Assembly: GCA_009991595.1 (NCBI GenBank)
Contig: JAACVK010000027.1
Coordinates: forward strand, 22,587-86,586
Origin: a bacterium
GTDB taxonomy: Bacteria > Bdellovibrionota > UBA2428
DNA length: 64,000 nt
Direction: 5' to 3'
Shown: positions 1 to 9,317 of the stretch, one piece after another
Position numbering within the stretch: position 1 is the first letter of the stretch
Layout of the letters: each line of letters opens with the position of its first letter
The notes under the pieces: model-generated
What the model was told of the DNA's origin: nothing
The model's input: the letters and a program-made list of their open reading frames with translations, nothing else
Databases searched by the model: none
Position numbers and translations under genes: made by a program

Positions 1-260
1 GGAGCGTGGTGGCGTAGGGGGCTAGGGTGCCCGAGGAAAACCAGGAGCCTAGGGTCATTAGAATTGAGGACAAAATCCAATGGGATTTTGTGGAGAAGCT
101 CATGTGTCTGATTGAAATGGAGCAGCGAGGCCTTGCCAAGTCGGGGAGGGTTAAAAAGGTGAATCTTAGGGTGGACAGTCAACAGAGTGCGTTATAGATT
201 TTGTGGGCTCAAGAGCCAGTTTGTTTCAGTACTTGTCAAGCTGTGAACTTGGAAGTAGTT

Positions 261-295
261 AAGGCCTTGAGCTTTAGCTCAAGGTTTCCTTTGTT
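261..295 (+). terminator. Rho-independent terminator-like hairpin upstream of tuf
   Basis: Perfect 8-bp stem ccttgagc (265-272) / gctcaagg (277-284) with a 4-nt loop, followed by the T-rich tract tttcctttgtt. It lies only ~40 nt before the tuf start. Confidence 0.5.
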
Positions 296-334
296 ATTAA
301 AAAGAAGGATATTTTAAGGAGGCGTAGACTTACG

Positions 335-1519
335 ATGTCAAAAGAAAAATTTAACCGGGACAAGCCCCACATTAACATCGGGACCATTGGTCACGTGGAT
401 CATGGAAAGACCACGCTGACTGCGGCCATTACCAAAACACTGGCAGAGTCCGGTGGCGCGGAGTTTAGAGCATACGATCAAATCGATAACGCTCCTGAAG
501 AGCGTGAGCGCGGTATTACAATCAATACTTCTCACGTTGAATATCAAACTGCCAATCGTCACTACGCTCACGTAGATTGCCCAGGTCACGCCGATTATGT
601 GAAAAACATGATCACTGGCGCTGCTCAGATGGATGGAGCTATTCTTGTAGTTTCTGCTGCTGATGGCCCCATGCCACAAACGCGTGAACACATCCTTCTT
701 GCTCGTCAAGTAGGTGTGCCTGCAATCGTTGTTTTCATGAATAAGACGGATCAGGTTGATGACGAAGAGCTTCTAGATCTTGTTGAGCTAGAAATTCGTG
801 AACTACTTAGCAAGTATGAGTTCCCTGGAGACGATATTCCTATCGTTCGTGGTTCTGCCCTTAAGGCCCTTGAAGATGATGCTGCTCATAAAGCGAAAAT
901 CGTTGAATTGATGGCTAAAGTTGATGAATACATCCCAACTCCAGCTCGTCCAAAAGACAAAGCTTTCTTGATGCCAATTGAGGATGTTTTCTCAATCTCT
1001 GGTCGTGGAACTGTTGTTACAGGTCGTGTTGAGCGTGGAATTGTTAAAGTTGGTGAGGAAATCGAAATTGTCGGTATCCGTGACACTACTAAAACAACCT
1101 GCACAGGCGTTGAAATGTTCCGTAAGTTGCTCGATCAAGGTGAGGCTGGTGATAACATCGGTGCCCTTCTCCGTGGAACGAAGAAAGAGGACGTTGAGCG
1201 TGGTCAGGTTCTTTGTAAGCCTGGTTCCGTTAAGCCGCATAAGAAGTTTAAAGCCGAAGCTTACATCTTGAGAAAAGATGAAGGTGGACGTCACACAGCT
1301 TTCTTTAACGGTTACCGACCTCAGTTCTATTTCAGAACAACAGACGTTACAGGTTCTGTAACTCTTCCTGCTGGAACTGAAATGGTAATGCCTGGTGATA
1401 AAGTTTCTATGGACGTTGAGTTATTAACTCCAATTGCCATGGAAAAAGAACTACGTTTTGCGATCCGTGAGGGTGGCCGAACTGTAGGTGCCGGCGTTGT
1501 AGCTGAAATTATCGAATAA
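335..1519 (+). CDS. tuf: Elongation factor Tu
   Basis: 394 aa with G1 [18 protein letters not shown] and NKxD (NKTD). SD aaggagg lies 8 nt upstream. Canonical position before tRNA-Trp-secE-nusG. Confidence 0.98.
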   Translation: MSKEKFNRDKPHINIGTIGHVDHGKTTLTAAITKTLAESGGAEFRAYDQIDNAPEERERGITINTSHVEYQTANRHYAHVDCPGHADYVKNMITGAAQMDGAILVVSAADGPMPQTREHILLARQVGVPAIVVFMNKTDQVDDEELLDLVELEIRELLSKYEFPGDDIPIVRGSALKALEDDAAHKAKIVELMAKVDEYIPTPARPKDKAFLMPIEDVFSISGRGTVVTGRVERGIVKVGEEIEIVGIRDTTKTTCTGVEMFRKLLDQGEAGDNIGALLRGTKKEDVERGQVLCKPGSVKPHKKFKAEAYILRKDEGGRHTAFFNGYRPQFYFRTTDVTGSVTLPAGTEMVMPGDKVSMDVELLTPIAMEKELRFAIREGGRTVGAGVVAEIIE

Positions 1520-1532
1520 ATCGATTAGCTTT

Positions 1533-1586
1533 CGGGTTCTTGCAGAGTTTTCTAGTTTAGGAATCTCTGTAAGAACCCGTTTTTTG
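1533..1586 (+). terminator. Intrinsic terminator after tuf
   Basis: 15-bp stem cgggttcttgcagag / ctctgtaagaacccg (one G-T pair) followed by tttttt. Confidence 0.75.
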
Positions 1587-1608
1587 TGGTCTAGGCCGCA
1601 GTGTGCGA

Positions 1609-1685
1609 GGGTCAGTAGCTCTAATTGGTAGAGCGAAGGACTCCAAATCCTTAGGTTGTAGGTTCGAGCCCTACCTGGCCCGCCA
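1609..1685 (+). tRNA. trnW: tRNA-Trp (anticodon CCA)
   Basis: A 77-nt cloverleaf folded by hand. Acceptor gggtcag/ctggccc, D stem gctc/gagc, anticodon stem aagga/tcctt with loop ctCCAaa (1641-1647), T stem gtagg/cctac with loop ttcgagc, and an encoded CCA end. Confidence 0.9.
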
Positions 1686-1722
1686 CTTTAGCCGGGGTTG
1701 ACTTTTTGAGAAGAGGACGTAG

Positions 1723-2103
1723 ATGAACAGTCATAAGAAATATGTAAACTTTCTTTTAATGGCGGCTGGAGCCGTTATTTGGTTTCTGTCTCAGCATTTT
1801 ACCGAGTTTATTATTGGGCGCTTTCAGTTGGGCCGCCAGATCGGTGTTGCTGCTGATGTTCTCTACCACGCTCTACCCATTCTTCTTGGTGTGGGCACTT
1901 ATCTGTATTTTCGTTTAAATACAAAGATTTACCATTTCTGCTCGGACTCAATGTCTGAGCTCATTAAAGTGCATTTTCCAACAGGGAAAGAGGTTCGAAT
2001 GGGGACAATCGTGGTGATTATCACCGTATTGGTCTCAGGAGTGCTTCTTGGAGCATTGGATTTTGCAATAAATGCTGTAGTAAAGGCTATACTCGGCGCT
2101 TAA
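1723..2103 (+). CDS. secE: Preprotein translocase subunit SecE (3-TM form)
   Basis: 126 aa with three hydrophobic segments and the motif ELIKVHFPTGKEV before the last TM (compare E. coli ELRKVVWPT). Sits between tRNA-Trp and nusG. Confidence 0.85.
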   Translation: MNSHKKYVNFLLMAAGAVIWFLSQHFTEFIIGRFQLGRQIGVAADVLYHALPILLGVGTYLYFRLNTKIYHFCSDSMSELIKVHFPTGKEVRMGTIVVIITVLVSGVLLGALDFAINAVVKAILGA

Positions 2104-2176
2104 CTTGGGCTAAAAACTCGGCATCTTGACGATTAGGCTTGATTGCGGGCGCGATTTTGTTAAGGGATAGGCTCTT

Positions 2177-2977
2177 ATGTCTGAAGAAAAACAAGAAGGT
2201 ATAATTACTGACGATAGCGGAACAGCTACTTCTGCGCAACAAGCGCAAGAAGTAGAGTTGGACGCATCTGCTCAAGTTGAGTCTGACGATTCAAATGAAC
2301 AGAGTGATGTTGAAACAACTTCAGACGAAAGCTTGAAGGTTGCTAAAGAAACTCCTGCGCCAGTCGTTGCGAAGAAGAAATCAGATTCAGATGATGATGA
2401 GTCTCAGGAAGAAGAGCCAGAGGCTTTTGAAATTGAGCATCCAGATCCTGATATGCGTTGGTACATTGTTCATGCCCAAAGTATGTTCGAAGCGAAAGCA
2501 AAACAACAATTAGAAGAGCGAGTGATTCAAGCAGGCAAGCAAGCTGATTTTGGTCACATTCTTATTCCTGTGGAATCAGTTGTTGAGCTAGTTAAAGGTA
2601 AAAAGAAATCAAGTCAGAGAAAGTTCTTTCCTGGCTACATGCTTATTCAAATGAAGCTTACTGAAACCAATTGGCACATTGTTAAAGGCACGCCAAGAAT
2701 CACTGGTTTCGTAGGGCACGCACAAAACCCGCCTCCTTTGCCTTTAGAGGAAGTCGAGCGAATCACTTCTCAAATGAGAGAAGGACTTGCGAAGGCGCGA
2801 CCTAAGTTCACTTTCAAAGAGGGTGATAATGTTCGCGTAATTGATGGACCGTTTGCAAACTTCAATGGAACAGTTGAAGAAGTAAAACCTGAGAAGAGTA
2901 AGCTCAGGGTATTAGTTTCGATTTTTGGCCGGGCAACCCCGGTTGAATTAGATTTTATTCAAGTCGAAAAAACTTGA
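2177..2977 (+). CDS. nusG: Transcription termination/antitermination factor NusG with ~92-aa acidic N-terminal extension
   Basis: The NGN domain starts at MRWYIVHAQS (residue 93). The KOW region is GDNVRVIDGPFANFNGTVEEV. Residues 1-92 are a D/E/S-rich low-complexity stretch. Confidence 0.9.
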   Translation: MSEEKQEGIITDDSGTATSAQQAQEVELDASAQVESDDSNEQSDVETTSDESLKVAKETPAPVVAKKKSDSDDDESQEEEPEAFEIEHPDPDMRWYIVHAQSMFEAKAKQQLEERVIQAGKQADFGHILIPVESVVELVKGKKKSSQRKFFPGYMLIQMKLTETNWHIVKGTPRITGFVGHAQNPPPLPLEEVERITSQMREGLAKARPKFTFKEGDNVRVIDGPFANFNGTVEEVKPEKSKLRVLVSIFGRATPVELDFIQVEKT

Positions 2978-3033
2978 AGAAACATCTGGGAGAGTTCGTT
3001 GAAGGACTCGTTTGAACCAGAGGAGGTAGAAAG

Positions 3034-3465
3034 ATGGCGAAGAAGGTATCGGGCTTTATTAAGCTACAGATTCCAGCAGGAAAAGCAAACCCTGCACCCC
3101 CAGTGGGCCCAGCTCTAGGGCAACATGGTGTTAACATCATGGAGTTTTGTAAGCAGTTTAATGCCAAAACTCAGCCTCAAGCTAAAGATGGACTGATCAT
3201 TCCAGTTGTGATCACGGTTTTTTCCGATAAGTCCTTCACTTTTATCACTAAGACTCCACCGGTGGCGGTTCTTCTTCTTAAGGCTGCAAAGCTTGAAAAA
3301 GGATCTCCCGTTCCCAACAAACAAAAGGTTGGAAACGTCACGGAGTCTCAAGTGAAAGAGATAGCAGAGCTTAAGATGGAAGATCTGAATTCATTCACAG
3401 TTGAATCTGCGATGTCTCAAGTGCGAGGAACTGCTCGCTCTATGGGGCTCGAGGTGAAAGGCTAA
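3034..3465 (+). CDS. rplK: 50S ribosomal protein L11
   Basis: Motif [34 protein letters not shown]; SD aggagg upstream. Confidence 0.97.
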   Translation: MAKKVSGFIKLQIPAGKANPAPPVGPALGQHGVNIMEFCKQFNAKTQPQAKDGLIIPVVITVFSDKSFTFITKTPPVAVLLLKAAKLEKGSPVPNKQKVGNVTESQVKEIAELKMEDLNSFTVESAMSQVRGTARSMGLEVKG

Positions 3466-3469
3466 GCGT

Positions 3470-4159
3470 ATGGGAAAACGTCATAAGAAGAACTTAGCTC
3501 TCCTTGAAGAAGGAAAAAAGTACAGTACACCTGAAGCTTTTGGCCTTTTGGAGAAGTTTGAGGCACCAAAATTTGATGAAACCATTCATGTTGCTATTCG
3601 CTTGGGTATCGACCCTAAAAAGGCCGATCAACAAGTGCGTGGCGCAACTGTTTTGCCTAACGGTGTTGGTACAACCAATCGCGTTCTAGTTTTTGCTAAA
3701 GGGCCTAAGGCTACTGAAGCTCAAGAAGCTGGCGCTGACCACGTAGGTGGTGACGAGTTGGTTGAGAAGATCAACGGCGGTTGGATGGAGTTTGACAAGG
3801 TAATTGCAACTCCTGACATGATGTTAGTTGTTTCTAAGTTAGGTAAAGTACTTGGTCCTCGAGGTTTAATGCCGAATCCAAAAACAGGAACTGTAACTTT
3901 GGATGTTAAGAAAGCAATTGATGAAGAGCGAAAGGGTAAAATTGAATTCCGTGCTGAAAAAGCAGGAATTGTCCACGCTCCCATTGGTAAGCGTTCTTTT
4001 GGTGAAGATAAGCTAAGAGAAAATTTCATGGCACTTATGGAAGTTGTTGGGCGTATGAAGCCTTCTACTTCTAAAGGTGCTTATTTTAGAAGTGTAACGA
4101 TTTCAGCGGCAATGAGCCCTGGAATTCGTCTAGAACCAAATCAGTTCTCAGCAGGTTAA
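3470..4159 (+). CDS. rplA: 50S ribosomal protein L1
   Basis: 229 aa with [23 protein letters not shown]. Follows rplK by 4 nt. Confidence 0.97.
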   Translation: MGKRHKKNLALLEEGKKYSTPEAFGLLEKFEAPKFDETIHVAIRLGIDPKKADQQVRGATVLPNGVGTTNRVLVFAKGPKATEAQEAGADHVGGDELVEKINGGWMEFDKVIATPDMMLVVSKLGKVLGPRGLMPNPKTGTVTLDVKKAIDEERKGKIEFRAEKAGIVHAPIGKRSFGEDKLRENFMALMEVVGRMKPSTSKGAYFRSVTISAAMSPGIRLEPNQFSAG

Positions 4160-4169
4160 GGGGTAAGAG

Positions 4170-4691
4170 ATGAATAAAGAATCAAAATATCAATTAGCCG
4201 AAGACCTAAAAACAAAGTTTGCTAAAGCAAACGCTGCTTTTATAGCTGAGTACCGCGGAATGACAGTTCCCATGATCGACGAACTTCGAAACAAAGTTCG
4301 TGCTGGTGATGGTGAGGTGCAGGTTCTGAAAAACCGAGTAGCTAAAATAGCTGCCAAAGGAACTTCTCTTGAAGACTTTTCAAAGAATTTCTCTGGCCCA
4401 ATTGCAATTGCTTTATCTTACAAAGATTCAGTTGCAGTGGCGAAAGCTGTTTTGGACTGTGTAAGTGATGAGAGTCCGCTTCAACTCAAGGTAGCAAGCC
4501 TTGATGGGAAGCAGCTCGAAGAAGCAGACGTTGTGGCTCTTTCTAAATTGCCAGATCGTCAAACGCTTCTTGGAATGGTGGCCTCTGTGCTTCAAGCACC
4601 ATCGCGCAACTTTGCTTGCGTGTTGGCAGCTGTGCCCAGAGATTTTTTAAACGTGTTAACTGCTGTGAAAAAACAAAAGGATTCACAGTAA
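4170..4691 (+). CDS. rplJ: 50S ribosomal protein L10
   Basis: 173 aa at the L10 position, between rplA and rplL. Contains FIAEYRGMTV. Confidence 0.93.
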   Translation: MNKESKYQLAEDLKTKFAKANAAFIAEYRGMTVPMIDELRNKVRAGDGEVQVLKNRVAKIAAKGTSLEDFSKNFSGPIAIALSYKDSVAVAKAVLDCVSDESPLQLKVASLDGKQLEEADVVALSKLPDRQTLLGMVASVLQAPSRNFACVLAAVPRDFLNVLTAVKKQKDSQ

Positions 4692-4706
4692 ACTTTAGGA
4701 GGAACG

Positions 4707-5081
4707 ATGTCTGTATCCCAAGATCAAATTCTAGAATCAATCTCTAACATGACTGTACTTGAGCTCTCTGAGTTCATTAAGAAAGTCGAAGACAAGTTTG
4801 GCGTGTCTGCTGCTGCACCGGTTGCTGTAGCTGGTGCTGCTGCTCCAGGAGCTGCTGCTGCTGAAGAAAAAACTGAGTTCGACGTAATTCTTACTGCTGC
4901 AGGCGCTAACAAGATTGCTGTAATTAAGGAAGTTCGTACTATTACTGGACTCGGCCTTAAAGAAGCAAAAGACCTTGTTGAAGGTGCACCAAAAGCTGTC
5001 AAAGAAGGCGTAGCCAAGGACGAAGCTGAAGACGTTAAGAAGAAACTCGAGGCTGCTGGCGCTCAGGTTGAACTTAAGTAA
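4707..5081 (+). CDS. rplL: 50S ribosomal protein L7/L12
   Basis: 124 aa with an Ala-rich hinge and the C-terminal domain [28 protein letters not shown]. Confidence 0.97.
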   Translation: MSVSQDQILESISNMTVLELSEFIKKVEDKFGVSAAAPVAVAGAAAPGAAAAEEKTEFDVILTAAGANKIAVIKEVRTITGLGLKEAKDLVEGAPKAVKEGVAKDEAEDVKKKLEAAGAQVELK

Positions 5082-5105
5082 CTTGGTCACTGACTGTAGC
5101 TTGAT

Positions 5106-5147
5106 AAAGTCTGTTTTGGGCTCCGCCTGGGGCAGACTTTTGTTTTT
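5106..5147 (+). terminator. Possible rplL-rpoB attenuator hairpin
   Basis: Stem aaagtctg (5106-5113) / cagacttt (5133-5140) followed by tgttttt. The 19-nt loop is large, so this is a weak terminator at best. It is analogous in position to the E. coli rplL-rpoB attenuator. Confidence 0.4.
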
Positions 5148-5176
5148 AACCCTGAGAATTTGCTGAAAGGGTCACA

Positions 5177-8100
5177 ATGGCTATTAGGGAAAGTTTTGAT
5201 ACGGTAAAAAGAGTACGCAAGAGTTTTGCAAAGATTGGTTCGCCAATTGATACTCCAAACCTAGTCGATATTCAGAAAAAATCATACGAGCATTTTTTGC
5301 AAGCACGAGTCACGCCTGAAGAGCGTGAGGATATGGGCTTACAAGCAGTGTTCAAATCTGTGTTTCCGATTTCGGATTTCAATAATACGTGTTCATTAGA
5401 GTTTGAATCGTATTCTATTGAAAAGCCAAAATACGATGTAGACGAGTGTCGTTTGCGTGGCATGACTTATGCTGCTCCAATTAAGATTACTGTTCGCCTC
5501 GTTGTTTGGGAAACGGATGAGCAGACAAAAACTCGCAATATCCGCGACGTGAAAGAACAAGAAGTTTATATGGGAGAGATTCCATTGATGACTGACACAG
5601 GTTCATTCATTGTTAACGGTACAGAGCGTGTTGTTGTTTCTCAGCTACACAGAAGTCCAGGCGTATTTTTCGATCATGATTCGGGAATGACTCATACTAG
5701 TGGAAAACTGTTGTTTTCTGCTCGTGTAATTCCTTATCGTGGTTCATGGCTAGATATGGAGTTTGATCCAAAAGACTTCTTATACGTCCGAATTGACCGT
5801 CGCCGTAAACTTCCTTTGACCATTCTCTTGAAGGCACTTGGCTTGGATACTGAAGAGATTCTTAATCGTTTTTACGATATCGAAGAAATTACTTCAGACT
5901 CTAAGAGTGGTTACAAAGTAAAAGTTAACCCTGATCTTTTAAAGGGTCAGCGAGCTAGCCAGGATATCAAAGACCCTAAATCTGGCGAAGTGTTGGTTAA
6001 GAAAAGCCGTAAATTTACAACGGTTGTATTGGCTGAGTTTGAAAAGCGCGGAGTGAAGGAAATTCCAATTCCTCGCGATGCGGTTGTTGGTAGAGTGTTA
6101 ACAGAAGACATTCTTCATCCCTCTACTCAGGAAGTCCTCTTCGAAGTAAACCACGCTATTGAAGACACCAATCTAGACACACTCAACGAGGCTGGAGTTA
6201 AAAGCTTTAAAACCGCCTTTATTGATGGTGTGAACGTTGGGTCTTACCTACGTGACACTTTGATCATTGATAAAATTGATAATCAGGAAGAAGCTCTTGT
6301 TGAAATCTTTAAGAGAATGCGTCCTGGTGACCCTCCAACAATTGAGTCTGCGACTCAGTTGTTTAACGATATGTTCTTCAATCCAGCTCGCTACGATTTA
6401 TCAAAAGTGGGTCGATTAAAGATCAATCATAAGTTTGCTTTTAAAGACATTCCTGTTGATAAAACTGTTCTTACTAAAGAAGATATTTTGGCGACCGTTA
6501 AAAAGTTGCTAGACCTCAAGAACGGCAAAGGCAACGTAGATGATATCGATCACCTTGGAAACAGGCGTGTTCGGTCCGTTGGTGAGTTGTTAGAGAACCA
6601 ATATCGAATTGGTCTTATTCGTATGGAACGCGCGATCAAAGAGCGTATGAGCCTTCAAGAGATTGAAACTCAAATGCCTCATGATTTGATCAATGCGAAG
6701 CCAGTGAATGCAATTGTTAAGGAGTTCTTCGGATCTTCTCAACTTTCTCAGTTTATGGAACAAACAAATCCATTGGCTGAGGTAACTCACAAAAGACGAT
6801 TGTCGGCATTGGGGCCTGGTGGTTTGACTCGTGAAAGAGCGGGCTTTGAAGTTCGTGACGTTCACACCACTCACTATGGTCGTATTTGTCCGATTGAGAC
6901 TCCTGAAGGACCAAACATTGGTTTGATTTCTTCATTGTCTACTTTTGCAAAGGTCAACGAACATGGGTTTGTTGAAACTCCTTATCGAAAAGTTGATAAC
7001 AAGCGAGTTACTGATGAAGTGGCTTACTACTCAGCTCTAGAAGAAGAAAACCACACCATTGCTCAGGCAAATATGCCGATCGATGAAAAAGGTGTGATTG
7101 TTGAAGAGTTTACAGAAGCTCGTAGAGACGGTGAGCCATCTTTGGTTCGCTCAGAAGAAGTCGACTTGATGGATGTTTCCCCTAATCAATTGGTCTCTGT
7201 TGCTGCCTCTTTGATTCCATTCTTGGAAAACGATGATGCCAACCGAGCTTTGATGGGATCAAACATGCAACGCCAAGCTGTTCCTTTGTTGGTGCCTCGT
7301 GCACCCTTGGTGGGAACTGGTGTTGAGCGAGTTGTGGCTCGTGATTCTGGTGTAACGGTCGTTGCGAAGAGTGACGGAATTGTTGAAGCAGTCGATGCTT
7401 CAAGAATTGTTGTTAGAACTGAAGGCAAGGCCTCAGATCGCGCTTCTGAAGTTGATATTTACAACCTTGTAAAATACCGCCGCTCTAACCAAAACACCTG
7501 TGTGAACCAACGGCCAATTGTTGAAGTTGGTGATCGAGTTTCCAAAGGTGAGGTCATTGCGGATGGACCATCTACTGAGTTGGGTGAATTGGCTCTAGGA
7601 CAAAACATCCTAGTGGCTTTCATGCCTTGGAATGGTTACAACTACGAAGATTCAATCCTTATTTCTGAAAGACTGTTGAGAGACGACGTGTTCACTTCAA
7701 TTCACATTGAAGAGTTTGAATGTGTTGCTCGAGACACGAAGCTTGGAAAAGAAGAAATCACACGAGATATTCCAAACGTCGGTGAAGAGGCGCTAAGAAA
7801 CCTCGATGCTACTGGAATCATTCGTATTGGTGCTGAAGTTAAACCTGGCGATATTATGGTCGGTAAGATCACGCCTAAAGGTGAAACTCAGCTTTCTCCA
7901 GAGGAAAAACTACTTCGAGCTATCTTCGGTGAAAAAGCCGGTGATGTTCGTGATTCTAGTTTGAGAGTTCCTCCTGGAGTTTACGGAACGGTGATTAACG
8001 CCAATATCTTTAGCCGAGAAGGCATCGATAAAGACGAGCGTTATCAACAAATTGTTCGTGATGAAGAAGAGCGCTTGTTGAAAGATCAAGCCATCGAAAT

Positions 8101-9295
8101 CACGATCATTAGACAAGCCACTATGAAGAAAGTGAAGAAATTGTTGGGTGGATCAAAAACCACTGGCAAGCTCCTTTCTGAGGATGGTGAGCATGTTCTT
8201 CTTGAAAAGGGCGCTCCTTTGACGGATGAGGCAATTGACGGGGTTCCATTTAACCTTGTTCGCCACATTCCCGTGGAGGAGAATCTTGAAGAAGAACTCG
8301 TAAGAATTATGGATTCTGTTGAAGAGCAAATGGACTTAGTCCGTATTGTGTTCAACGAAAGAATCGGGAAACTTAAGAAAGGTGATGAACTTCCTCCTGG
8401 TGTTATCAAGATGGTTAAGGTCTCTGTTGCGATTAAGCGTAAGCTTAGTGTTGGTGACAAGATGGCCGGTCGCCACGGTAACAAAGGGGTTATTTCAAAA
8501 ATCTTGCCCTCAGAAGACATGCCGTTCTTAGCAGACGGGACTCCTTGTGATTTAGTTCTAAATCCATTGGGTGTACCTTCTCGTATGAACGTGGGGCAGA
8601 TTCTGGAGACTCACTTAGGTTGGGCTGCTCATGGATTGGGTCGACAGATCGATGAAATGATCAAAAAATTTGAACCTAAAACAGTTCGAAATTTCTTGAA
8701 GAATATCTTTGAATCTACAGAACTTCAGAAATATGTGGATGAAGCCACGGATGATGAAATTCGAAGGATTGCAATGACCTATAAGGCTGGTGTTCCAATG
8801 GCATCTGCCGTTTTTGACCGTGCTACGGAAGAAGACATTGCTAAGATGCTTCATATGGCGAAACTTCCTTCAACAGCTCAAAGTACGTTGTTTGATGGAA
8901 GAACCGGTGAAGCTTTTGATCACGATGTTACAGTGGGCATTATGTATATGCTGAAGTTGCATCACTTGGTCGAAGATAAGATTCACGCTCGTTCAATTGG
9001 GCCATATTCTCTTGTCACTCAACAGCCACTCGGGGGTAAAGCTCAGTTTGGTGGTCAGCGACTTGGAGAAATGGAAGTTTGGGCATTAGAGGCATACGGT
9101 GCAGCTTATGGATTGCAAGAAATGCTCACGGTGAAATCAGATGATGTCGCCGGTCGTACTCGAATGTACGAAGCCATAGTTAAGGGTGAAAACATCCTTG
9201 AACCTGGTATGCCAGAGTCCTTTAACGTGCTCATGCATGAGCTTAGAGCTTTGTATTTGAACTGCGAACTTCTGCAAACGCAGGATACGCTGTAA
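5177..9295 (+). CDS. rpoB: DNA-directed RNA polymerase beta subunit
   Basis: 1372 aa, with the Rif-cluster region [34 protein letters not shown] and the motif GNKGVISK. Confidence 0.99.
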   Translation: MAIRESFDTVKRVRKSFAKIGSPIDTPNLVDIQKKSYEHFLQARVTPEEREDMGLQAVFKSVFPISDFNNTCSLEFESYSIEKPKYDVDECRLRGMTYAAPIKITVRLVVWETDEQTKTRNIRDVKEQEVYMGEIPLMTDTGSFIVNGTERVVVSQLHRSPGVFFDHDSGMTHTSGKLLFSARVIPYRGSWLDMEFDPKDFLYVRIDRRRKLPLTILLKALGLDTEEILNRFYDIEEITSDSKSGYKVKVNPDLLKGQRASQDIKDPKSGEVLVKKSRKFTTVVLAEFEKRGVKEIPIPRDAVVGRVLTEDILHPSTQEVLFEVNHAIEDTNLDTLNEAGVKSFKTAFIDGVNVGSYLRDTLIIDKIDNQEEALVEIFKRMRPGDPPTIESATQLFNDMFFNPARYDLSKVGRLKINHKFAFKDIPVDKTVLTKEDILATVKKLLDLKNGKGNVDDIDHLGNRRVRSVGELLENQYRIGLIRMERAIKERMSLQEIETQMPHDLINAKPVNAIVKEFFGSSQLSQFMEQTNPLAEVTHKRRLSALGPGGLTRERAGFEVRDVHTTHYGRICPIETPEGPNIGLISSLSTFAKVNEHGFVETPYRKVDNKRVTDEVAYYSALEEENHTIAQANMPIDEKGVIVEEFTEARRDGEPSLVRSEEVDLMDVSPNQLVSVAASLIPFLENDDANRALMGSNMQRQAVPLLVPRAPLVGTGVERVVARDSGVTVVAKSDGIVEAVDASRIVVRTEGKASDRASEVDIYNLVKYRRSNQNTCVNQRPIVEVGDRVSKGEVIADGPSTELGELALGQNILVAFMPWNGYNYEDSILISERLLRDDVFTSIHIEEFECVARDTKLGKEEITRDIPNVGEEALRNLDATGIIRIGAEVKPGDIMVGKITPKGETQLSPEEKLLRAIFGEKAGDVRDSSLRVPPGVYGTVINANIFSREGIDKDERYQQIVRDEEERLLKDQAIEITIIRQATMKKVKKLLGGSKTTGKLLSEDGEHVLLEKGAPLTDEAIDGVPFNLVRHIPVEENLEEELVRIMDSVEEQMDLVRIVFNERIGKLKKGDELPPGVIKMVKVSVAIKRKLSVGDKMAGRHGNKGVISKILPSEDMPFLADGTPCDLVLNPLGVPSRMNVGQILETHLGWAAHGLGRQIDEMIKKFEPKTVRNFLKNIFESTELQKYVDEATDDEIRRIAMTYKAGVPMASAVFDRATEEDIAKMLHMAKLPSTAQSTLFDGRTGEAFDHDVTVGIMYMLKLHHLVEDKIHARSIGPYSLVTQQPLGGKAQFGGQRLGEMEVWALEAYGAAYGLQEMLTVKSDDVAGRTRMYEAIVKGENILEPGMPESFNVLMHELRALYLNCELLQTQDTL

Positions 9296-9317
9296 CTTAG
9301 GAAGGTATGTGTAGGGA

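Noticed and set aside
1-260. Looked for tRNA genes (the Thr/Tyr/Gly cluster often precedes tuf), 5S rRNA, the 3' end of RNase P RNA, tmRNA or SRP RNA at the window start.
   Set aside because: I could fold no cloverleaf with a T-loop (GTTCRANYC), and none of the conserved motifs of those RNAs are present. I left it as unassigned non-coding sequence.
2087-2275. A 62-aa minus-strand ORF spanning the secE-nusG spacer.
   Set aside because: It overlaps the ends of both well-supported plus-strand genes, has no RBS and matches no recognisable family.
8086-8520. Long antisense ORFs inside well-supported genes: 8086-8520 in rpoB, 4724-5090 in rplL, 31220-31621 across rplF/rplR, 37640-38101 in the thioredoxin gene, and 50109-50543 in mlaD.
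   Set aside because: They lie entirely within strongly supported coding regions on the opposite strand, have no RBS, and show low-complexity or odd composition. They are typical shadow ORFs.
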